This document shows, in pieces, positions 56,818 through 64,000 of a stretch of DNA of 64,000 nt (position 1 is its first letter; each line of letters begins with the position of its first letter). A program made the translations under genes and the position numbers. A model generated the notes under the pieces. That model ran no database searches. It saw nothing but the letters and a program-made list of their open reading frames with translations, and was not told where the DNA came from. Origin of the DNA: Candidatus Bathyarchaeota archaeon (GTDB lineage: Archaea; Thermoproteota; Bathyarchaeia; 40CM-2-53-6); assembly GCA_963833125.1 (NCBI GenBank), contig CAWHWX010000012.1, positions 70,403 to 134,402 on the forward strand. Reading direction: 5' to 3'.

Positions 56818-58032
56818 ATGATTTCCTTGGCGGCGTCCCAAAAACTCTCTCAATTCACTGAATCGGTCATTCGTGAGATGACGCGGCTTAGCGAACAGTA
56901 CGGTGCGATCAACCTCTCGCAGGGAATGCCCGACTTTATTCCATCCCCGAAACTGGTTGAAGCCGCTGTAGAAGCGATTAGGCGTGGTTCAAACCAATAT
57001 TCGATCACTTGGGGTCACAAAGGGCTAAGGGAGGCGATCTCTGCGAAAGCGAAGGAGTATAATGGGATTGATTCAGACCCGGAGAAGAATGTAACCGTAA
57101 CGTGTGGTTCGACTGAAGCTGTCGCTTCAGCTATTTTTGCGTTAACAAATCCTGGTGATCGCATCGTTGTAACCGATCCATTCTACGAGAACTACGTCCC
57201 AGACGCAATACTCGCGGACTGTGAACTGCTATACGTGCCTTTCAAGGGTAGAGCTCTAGAACTCGATGAAGAGAGCCTCAAGAATGTTATGACGAAACAT
57301 CCGAAACTCTTCATCCTGAACACACCCAATAATCCAACCGGCCGCGTCCTAGAGCCAGAGCAACTAAAGTTAATCGCCGATCTCTGTGAAGATGAAGAAA
57401 CCATCGCGGTCACCGACGAGATATACGAACACATACTCTACGACGGCAAACAACACCTAAGCCTTGCTTCACTGGGAAATATGCACGACAAGACCGTGAC
57501 AGTGAACGGCGCCTCGAAGACTTACAGCGTCACCGGATGGCGAGTGGGTTGGGCAATAGCCGAAACAAACCTCACGAACGCCATACGAAAAGTGCACGAC
57601 TACTTCACCATTTGCGCTCCCAATCCTCTGCAGGAAGCCCTTGTCACAGCCATGAACTTCCCTTCAGATTACTACGAGAGACTAGCAGCAGCCTACGACC
57701 GCAAGCGAAGGACCATCATGGAAATCCTTGAAGAAGCAAAGCTTGCATATCATCGACCAGAAGGCGCCTATTACATCCTGGTAGATGCCCCTGAGAGGTT
57801 CAAAGACGGAATGCAATTTGCCGACTTTCTCCTGAAGAAAGTTGGAATAGGTGTCTTGCCTGCTCAAGCCCTCTACCACGACAAAACGTTGGGAGAGAGA
57901 AAAATTCGCATTGCCTTTTGCAAGAAGGACACCACACTCCAAGACGTTAGACGACGATTCAGAAAGATGAGCGAGACCTGCGAAAGAAACCGTGCACGCG
58001 AAGAAAAGATGATTCCTTCCGACGGCGATTAA
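56818..58032 (+). CDS. class I/II (aspartate/kynurenine-type) PLP aminotransferase
   Basis: NTPNNPTGRV...GASKTYSVTGWRVGW (PLP Lys). Confidence 0.85.
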   Translation: MISLAASQKLSQFTESVIREMTRLSEQYGAINLSQGMPDFIPSPKLVEAAVEAIRRGSNQYSITWGHKGLREAISAKAKEYNGIDSDPEKNVTVTCGSTEAVASAIFALTNPGDRIVVTDPFYENYVPDAILADCELLYVPFKGRALELDEESLKNVMTKHPKLFILNTPNNPTGRVLEPEQLKLIADLCEDEETIAVTDEIYEHILYDGKQHLSLASLGNMHDKTVTVNGASKTYSVTGWRVGWAIAETNLTNAIRKVHDYFTICAPNPLQEALVTAMNFPSDYYERLAAAYDRKRRTIMEILEEAKLAYHRPEGAYYILVDAPERFKDGMQFADFLLKKVGIGVLPAQALYHDKTLGERKIRIAFCKKDTTLQDVRRRFRKMSETCERNRAREEKMIPSDGD

Positions 58033-58036
58033 CCAG

Positions 58037-58672
58037 TTGTCATCCCGGAGCGTACTCAATACCATCCTTTCGGTATCGAAGACGCCAAGCGCTGGTCCAG
58101 CTCCTGCTTTCACTGCCGTTCATGTTTCTCGTGCAATTCTCTGTATCGGTGACCTAGGGCCCATCGGAAGAATCGATCTATCAAGAAAACTTGGGTTAGG
58201 CGAAGGTGCGGTTCGAACCATCATCAGGCATTTGACAAAGGCGAAACTGGTTGAAATTGCAAAGGCGGGTTGCGTGCTCACACACCGCGGCAGTGTGCTC
58301 TACAAGTCGTTGAGATCTCAATTGTCTGAGGTTCGTTCGGTAAATGCGAGGCAGTTGGCCTTGGATAAGGCAAGTGCTGCAGTTCTGATCAGAGGGTCCG
58401 GTAGACTGGTCAAGAAGGGCATCGAGCAGAGGGATGCGGCTATTCGGGTTGGTGCAACGGGTGCCTGTACTCTCATTTACAAGAACGGGGAGCTAGTGAT
58501 GCCAATGAGTGAAGGGGAAAGTTGGATTCTCCAACCCCCTGATTTGCTCTTCGAGGAACTTCGAAAGGCGTTTTCCCCGAATAACGGCGACGTAATCACA
58601 ATTGTCAGCGCGCACAATCAAGAACTAGCGGAACATTCTGCGATGGCGGCCGCATTAACTCTCCTAGGCTAG
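58037..58672 (+). CDS. wHTH-containing protein (DUF4443-like), putative regulator
   Basis: LGPIGRIDLSRKLGLGEGAVRTIIRHLTKAKLVEI followed by an alpha/beta domain. TTG start. Confidence 0.45.
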   Translation: MSSRSVLNTILSVSKTPSAGPAPAFTAVHVSRAILCIGDLGPIGRIDLSRKLGLGEGAVRTIIRHLTKAKLVEIAKAGCVLTHRGSVLYKSLRSQLSEVRSVNARQLALDKASAAVLIRGSGRLVKKGIEQRDAAIRVGATGACTLIYKNGELVMPMSEGESWILQPPDLLFEELRKAFSPNNGDVITIVSAHNQELAEHSAMAAALTLLG

Positions 58673-58895
58673 AATCGTAAAGTTGCCGACACCCACGATC
58701 GCCACCAGAATCCTACCCGTTTTGCGAACCTCCGACCCAGAATGATGAGTCGTGAAATGTACCGGTCATGTGTAAAATCTCCTTAGCGACGCCTTGCCTT
58801 TAGGTGGTTGCTAATCGAGAACTGTTTGAGAAACGGTAACGTCGAGTTATCGGTTGTTAAGAGATTCTTCTTGTTTTCCGTTCGGAATTAAATAG

Positions 58896-58920
58896 GGTGG
58901 ATCCACCCCTCGAGGGGTGG
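58896..58920. promoter_or_regulatory. overlapping perfect palindromes just downstream of a TTAAATA box
   Basis: GGTGGATCCACC (58896-58907) overlaps CCACCCCTCGAGGGGTGG (58903-58920). TTAAATA lies at 58886-58892. Confidence 0.4.
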
Positions 58921-59092
58921 AGCCAAACGGTGCCAAACGAAGATAACCCTCGCCCCATTTTACGCCTCAATCCCCCCATACGAAGCGGTTTGCAGCAGCA
59001 ACCGACAAGTTGACGTTACCTGAGAAACGGTCGATAAAGAAACTATATTCACATGCGTGTGCTTAGACCGTCGGTAAAGCGGAGGAGCAGGC

Positions 59093-60261
59093 TTGGATAA
59101 GGCGGATCGAGACTCGTTCTTTCACGACGTAAATGAATTCTGTAAAGAACTTCGTCCAATCGAGGAGGTCTGCTATATTGAGCACAAGTTCAACGATCAG
59201 CTGATCCCACTCAGCAGAAAGTACAACCTCCTCGGAATGCCGATCCGGAAACAGTACGGAGGGCGAGAGGCTGACGCCTTGTCATACACTAGGGCGTTGG
59301 ACCGAATTGGAATGGAGGGAACCGGGATTCGTACGTTCTTTTCCGGCCACACTTCGATTGGTCAAGTTCCTATCCAGATGTGGGGAAACGAGGAGCAAAG
59401 GCAAAGATACCTTCCTGCCTCGACGAGGGGCGAGAAGATTCTTGCTTTCGGGCTAACAGAGCCTGAAGCTGGTAGTAATCCACTTGAAATGAAGATGACG
59501 TATGAGGATAAGGGAAGTCACTACGTTCTGAACGGAGTGAAATATCTCATCTCGAATGCAGGCATTGCCCATGCAATCGTGACTTTTGCTTATCCTAAAG
59601 GTGGAAACAGAATCAGCGCATTCATCATTGACACTGACAAAGAAGGAATCCTAAAACAAGATTTGACGACAAAACTTGGCATGCCGACCACCAATACCGG
59701 CCTGTTCGAATTGAACGATTACCCAGTCCCAAAGGAGAACTTGCTCGGGAAGGAGGGTGATGGGTTCAAGATTGCAATGTCAACCCTCATGAGCGGCAGG
59801 CTGAGCGTTGCCGCAGGTTGCTTGGGTGTAATCGCCGACTGCCTAGCCGAAGTCGTCCGTTACTCCAAAGAGAGGGAACAGCATGGCAAACCAATCGCCA
59901 AACATCAACTTGTGCAAGAACACATCGCAATGATCCGAACCGAGCTGGACGCCGCTCGAAGCTTAGTCTACAGGTCCGCGAGAGCGAAGGGTGTTTACGA
60001 TACCGATCCTTCGAACGTCTCCGCCAGAGCCTATGCGGATCGGATGATTGCCGAAGGAAAGTTGTACGCGTCCAACGCGGCATGGACACGGCCGATCGAG
60101 CGGTTCAAGTGTTCGGGGGACGAGGATACTCCTACATGTTCAGGCCGGGCAGGCACCTTCAGGATGTCAGAGTTTGCAGACTCTATGAAGGTACGGACGA
60201 GATAATGAAACTCAAAATCGCCTCAGCCGTGCTCGGAAAAGAGTACGAAGCGTACCAGTAA
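59093..60261 (+). CDS. acyl-CoA dehydrogenase, interrupted by one frameshift
   Basis: GGAGGAG lies upstream of the TTG start. LTEPEAGSNP. The C-terminus continues in the frame of 59818-60261 (MDTADRAVQVFGGRGY...RLYEGTDEIMKLKIA). The junction is near 60079-60084. Confidence 0.85.
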
Positions 60262-60723
60262 TCACTTTGAGGGGTGAGGCTCGAGTTGAGCCTTGATGCA
60301 CTCAAAGAATTGGTGGGTCATCTTGTCTGTACTGTTCTGAATTAGGCTTGGAGAAATCTCACCAAGCAACCCGCCTAACTGTACCTCAGTCTTCCAGACG
60401 AGCTCTGTAGTGTCCGTGCCGATCTCATTCAGGTCTATCGTTGCGTTAAGTCGCAGAGATACTCCAGCCCCTTTACCAACTGCTTCAAACATTGAATGGG
60501 AAGGTGGTGTTTGGTCGATTAGGGTGAAGTCAAATTTGAGTGTGCCGCGGACGAAGGCGATTCCCGCTTTGACGGTCGCCACGAAATGGTTACCATCTTT
60601 CACCTCAAGGCTCTGTAGGTCAGGGAGGCAGTGGGCTATTTGTTGGGGATCCGAGATGAACTTCCAAACGTCGTTTCGGGGGCAGTTTAGAACGTAAGTT
60701 CCTTCTAAGTGCAAATATTGCAA
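60262..60723 (-). CDS. SRPBCC / CoxG-like protein
   Basis: LHLEGTY...HCLPDLQSLEV...GGLLGEISPSLIQ. Paralog of 26472-26930. Confidence 0.7.
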   Translation of the reverse strand: MQYLHLEGTYVLNCPRNDVWKFISDPQQIAHCLPDLQSLEVKDGNHFVATVKAGIAFVRGTLKFDFTLIDQTPPSHSMFEAVGKGAGVSLRLNATIDLNEIGTDTTELVWKTEVQLGGLLGEISPSLIQNSTDKMTHQFFECIKAQLEPHPSK

Positions 60724-60727
60724 CGCC

Positions 60728-61921
60728 TCACACTATTCGTTTTTCATGTAATTCTTCTACCCGGTGTGAATCATAGCCGAGTAGTGTTCGTAGGATTTCA
60801 TCTGTGTGTTGTCCGAGAAGCGGGGGTGGGTCTCGAATCTCAGGCGTTGTATCAGAGAATTTCATCGGGATTCCAATCTGGTCTATTTCCCCCGCTTTGG
60901 GATGATTAATCTTGACCCGCATTTCTCTCCTCTGGACTTGTGGATCCGCAAAAATCTCCGCGATTGAGTAGACTGGACCAGCGGGTAGTTTTGCTTGGGT
61001 TAGAATGTTCAACCATTCTTCCTTAGTCTTCTGTTGGAATATTCGCTCCAGTAACGGGATTAGTTCATGTCGGTTGGATATTCTTTGGGCGTTGGAGGAG
61101 AACTTGGGATCATCAGCTAGGTTCTGGGAGCCGATGGTTTCGGAGAAAATGCGGAATAGCTTATCGTTTCCAATCGCAACCGTAATGAACTCTCCATCCT
61201 TGGTTTTGAAGCATTGGTATGGAACAATGGTCGGGTGTGCCGATCCCATTCTCGTTGGGCTTCGACCCGTCGCGAAAAAATAAGCCGCCATGTAAGTCAT
61301 CAAGGAAACCGTACTGTCCAACAGAGAGACATCAACTAATTGCCCTCTTCCGGTGCGTTGCCTACCTGCCATCGCAGCGAGTATAGCTATAGCGGCATAC
61401 ATGCCCGCTGCAAGGTCGGAAATGGCGACGCCGATTCTCACCGGAGGCCGATCAGGTTCTCCGGTTATCCCCATTAGCCCACCCATACCTTGAATTACGA
61501 TATCATACGCCGCCCAATCTTTGTACGGACCGCTTGGGCCGAAGCTGGTTATAGAGCAGTAGATGAGCTTCGGGTTCTTCTTTGAAATAGTGGGATAATC
61601 AATCTGAAGGGTTTCGGTTACGCCCGGCCGAAAGTTTTCAATTATTACGTCACACTTTGTCGCGAGATCGTAGAAAACCCTTCTGCCTTCTTCGTTGTTG
61701 AGGTCGAGTGTTAGGCTCTTCTTATTGCGGTTGATTGAAAGAAAATACGAGCTCTCTCCGGCGATAAACGGAGGACCCCACTGCCTTGTGTCATCACCGG
61801 TGCCTGGAGTTTCTATCTTGATTATTTCAGCTCCGAGATCTCCGAGGATCATGCTACAGAAGGGTCCGGTCAAAACGCGGGATACATCAAGTATTCGTGT
61901 CCCATCTAACGGTCCTGGCAT
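60728..61921 (-). CDS. family III CoA-transferase (CaiB/BaiF/racemase type)
   Basis: LDGTRILDVSRVLTGPFCSMILGDLGAEIIKIE...GVAISDL. Confidence 0.9.
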   Translation of the reverse strand: MPGPLDGTRILDVSRVLTGPFCSMILGDLGAEIIKIETPGTGDDTRQWGPPFIAGESSYFLSINRNKKSLTLDLNNEEGRRVFYDLATKCDVIIENFRPGVTETLQIDYPTISKKNPKLIYCSITSFGPSGPYKDWAAYDIVIQGMGGLMGITGEPDRPPVRIGVAISDLAAGMYAAIAILAAMAGRQRTGRGQLVDVSLLDSTVSLMTYMAAYFFATGRSPTRMGSAHPTIVPYQCFKTKDGEFITVAIGNDKLFRIFSETIGSQNLADDPKFSSNAQRISNRHELIPLLERIFQQKTKEEWLNILTQAKLPAGPVYSIAEIFADPQVQRREMRVKINHPKAGEIDQIGIPMKFSDTTPEIRDPPPLLGQHTDEILRTLLGYDSHRVEELHEKRIV

Positions 61922-61978
61922 TGGTCTGGCTCCGTGGGAAACAATTACAATGCGTTGATGGGTAAGAAATCGTTAGTG

Positions 61979-62464
61979 CTAAGCGCCTTGCTCGGTTTGC
62001 GGTGTTGCCAGAGAAGTTCTCATTCTGTTCGCTACAAGGTATGCGCCGTAACCGATCATTACAGCAATCGTTTGGCCGAGGAATGCGGAGAATGCAGCTT
62101 CGGTCGTAGATACGCCAGAGGTTATTGGCAGTAGATACGTTAACCACGCTGATGTTAGGATGATGTAGGCGATGCAACCCGCGAGCGTACTCACCTTGCG
62201 CAAACGGTAAACCGCCAACAATCCGACGAAGGAAACTACAGGTGATAACATTGCAATCGGTGACGCTTCAACCCCCAGATTTGCAATGAATTGTCCAAGG
62301 GTTAGGCCTAGGACTGCTGGGTACCCGAATATGGCTACGAATGCGGTCGGGATTTCGCCTACCTTCACTTGGTAAGCTAGTAGCGAGAATTTTGGTAGGC
62401 CGAGAGTTCCCGCCGCGTAGAGTGCGGTGAAGATGACGAAAGGGCCGAAATCCTCTAGCTTCAT
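61979..62464 (-). CDS. QueT-like multi-TM membrane protein
   Basis: FTALYAAGTLGLP...GLTLGQFIANLG resembles QueT / ECF S-components. The ATG overlaps the upstream stop (ATGA at 62461-62464). Confidence 0.45.
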   Translation of the reverse strand: MKLEDFGPFVIFTALYAAGTLGLPKFSLLAYQVKVGEIPTAFVAIFGYPAVLGLTLGQFIANLGVEASPIAMLSPVVSFVGLLAVYRLRKVSTLAGCIAYIILTSAWLTYLLPITSGVSTTEAAFSAFLGQTIAVMIGYGAYLVANRMRTSLATPQTEQGA

Positions 62465-63012
62465 CCTATGAGTCGACTCCCCTGCCAAAGCAATGCGAAG
62501 AGTAGAAGCCAAATTATGTGTACGAAGTGCCAATAGGTGGAAGTGGCTTCTGCGAAGCCGTAGTTCTTAGGTGAATATTGACCCATAAACGCACGAATGT
62601 CCGTGTAGCTGTACACGATAACCCCCGCCACCACGTGCGCCCCATGAATACCTGTAAGTAAGAAGAAGGTCGCTCCGAAAAACCCGCTTGTAGGTGTGAG
62701 AATCTTATTAAAGAGTAGATGTGGCCACTCGAAACCAAATTGAAGAATCGGAAACAGGCTTGCGAGAATTGTCGTCCCGATCAACCCAAACCTGAATGCT
62801 CTTTGATTTCCACGCTTGAGTTGCCAAATAGCCCATTCAACAAGCAAGCTACTCGAAATGAGGATCAGAGTTTGTATGCGGGCAATCGAATCATCTAGAA
62901 TGGGGGCGCCAGCTGGGGGCCACAAGGGAAATTGTACTCTGATGGCGAAATACATGGCAAAGGCGCCACCGAAGAGAAGTATTTCGGTTAGGATGATCAG
63001 TTGAACTGTCAA
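62461..63012 (-). CDS. heme-copper oxidase subunit III
   Basis: FFLLTGIHGAHVVAGVIVY...YWHFVHIIWLLLF. Confidence 0.8.
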   Translation of the reverse strand: MTVQLIILTEILLFGGAFAMYFAIRVQFPLWPPAGAPILDDSIARIQTLILISSSLLVEWAIWQLKRGNQRAFRFGLIGTTILASLFPILQFGFEWPHLLFNKILTPTSGFFGATFFLLTGIHGAHVVAGVIVYSYTDIRAFMGQYSPKNYGFAEATSTYWHFVHIIWLLLFALLWQGSRLIG

Positions 63013-63412
63013 GATTTATGTCGACTGGAAACGGTCCCAGATTCGTTCCGGCTGGGATTCGACCGAGTGATTTCGATGCTGAAGACCGCCAGTTCCGGGT
63101 TTCGCTGTAAAGAAATGCTCCCAATACGGCTACGAATGAGACCATCATCAAAATAGCGGCTGGTAGGACAAGGCCTTTCACCAGAAAGAAGAAGCCTACC
63201 ATGGCAACTCCTATTGCCATAGCGATGATTATTGGCCAAGCGCTGTGTTCTAAGTATTCAGGTGCATTATCCTCGGGATGGGTTGGTGAATTGTCGGTGG
63301 CAGTTCCCATTTCGCGGAGCCTTTCGCCCTGCGAAGCCGCAGCAAATATAAGGTTTCGGGGAAGCCAATCGGTGAAAGAGTTATCATATGAAATCGCATT
63401 TTTATTAGCCAC
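62891..63412 (-). CDS. two-TM membrane protein upstream of oxidase subunit III (possible small oxidase subunit); 3' end uncertain
   Basis: HSAWPIIIAMAIGVAMVGFFF and LPAAILMMVSFVAVLGAFLY. The last ~120 nt overlap subunit III in another frame. Confidence 0.4.
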   Translation of the reverse strand: MANKNAISYDNSFTDWLPRNLIFAAASQGERLREMGTATDNSPTHPEDNAPEYLEHSAWPIIIAMAIGVAMVGFFFLVKGLVLPAAILMMVSFVAVLGAFLYSETRNWRSSASKSLGRIPAGTNLGPFPVDINLDSSTDHPNRNTSLRWRLCHVFRHQSTISLVAPSWRPHSR

Positions 63413-63441
63413 TACTTAATTGTCGCAAGGTTCGATTATCA

Positions 63442-63966
63442 ATGGTGACTCGGCGTCTCTTCCAAGCTTTGGGATTGGCGGCAGGTTTCGTTTTAGTTGA
63501 CTACGCGTTTAATCTAATTGCATCAGGGCTTCCCGGTGCTCGAGCCCTCACTTCAGAGTTCTTAGCTGCGAATCTACTTGTGGGCGGGTCCGCATTGGTT
63601 TTCGTCTCACTCTACTACCTCCTAAAACCAATAACCCCTACCTCGCCTACTGTCCCACAGCCAGTATCAGCGAGGCCTGACGTAGGGGTCGAATTGATTG
63701 AGGAAGAAGCGACGCCACCGAAACCAGGCTTCTACAAGACCATCGAATACATCGGATACTTCTTCGCCTTCCTTGGTTTGATCTCTGCCGCAGACTTGGT
63801 GATGCAGGTCTTCCTACGTTCAACTTACAATGAGGGGCGTTGGTGGGTTGAGGTATTGCTGGTAACATTTGGAGTTCTATCGTACACAATCTTCGGTTCA
63901 ATTGGAAGATTGGGTGCACAAGAGGAAGCCAGCCTGAAGAAAATGCCTGCAACGCCGAAAATGTAG
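63442..63966 (+). CDS. hypothetical multi-TM membrane protein
   Basis: Four hydrophobic helices and no recognisable motif. Confidence 0.5.
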   Translation: MVTRRLFQALGLAAGFVLVDYAFNLIASGLPGARALTSEFLAANLLVGGSALVFVSLYYLLKPITPTSPTVPQPVSARPDVGVELIEEEATPPKPGFYKTIEYIGYFFAFLGLISAADLVMQVFLRSTYNEGRWWVEVLLVTFGVLSYTIFGSIGRLGAQEEASLKKMPATPKM

Positions 63967-64000
63967 CCTCGAAGATCATCGTTTCAACAACGGAAGAAAC

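Noticed and set aside
1-64000. CRISPR arrays, IS elements, integrases and prophage remnants
   Set aside because: I noticed no regularly spaced direct repeats and no transposase, integrase or viral hallmark translations in any listed ORF. The absence is by inspection only, not by computation.

Overview
Archaeal chromosomal segment, probably from a TACK-type (Thermoproteota; Aig-/Thaumarchaeota-like) organism. Evidence for this: every tRNA gene carries introns, LysW-carrier arginine/lysine biosynthesis is present, and so are Lrp, Hjc-like and Dpo4 genes, PEF(G)-CTERM-like sorting signals and GGAGGTGA ribosome-binding sites. Most of the window is housekeeping or metabolic: POR beta, TrpB2, DUF72, a DapA-family aldolase, rpiA, pgk, the block argG-lysWXYZJK-argH, two acyl-CoA dehydrogenase/SRPBCC modules, a CoA-transferase, an aminotransferase and heme-copper oxidase subunit III. 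It also holds five intron-containing tRNAs and many secreted or membrane proteins. The main finding is a minus-strand operon at 18.1-23.7 kb encoding a eukaryote-type ubiquitin cascade: a Ubl ending in GG, an HPN-type E2, an E1 and a JAMM/Rpn11-like protease. Its architecture is unusual. The JAMM is fused to a TM helix and a large extracytoplasmic Ig-like region. The E1 carries an N-terminal fused Ubl domain. There is no RING gene; instead two paralogous zinc-ribbon + B-box-like proteins bracket the operon. Other accessory features are three tandem PEF-CTERM-like surface proteins, an orphan CARF/Csa3-like regulator, a rhomboid + triple coiled-coil array, a BlaI/BlaR1 pair beside a MacB-type ABC system, and three unlisted small ORFs, one of them a C2H2 zinc finger. 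No CRISPR array, integrase or transposase was recognised. Caveat: well over a dozen otherwise conserved genes need single-base frame corrections, some visibly at short homopolymers. The assembly is therefore probably indel-rich, and start/stop coordinates of the affected genes are approximate.
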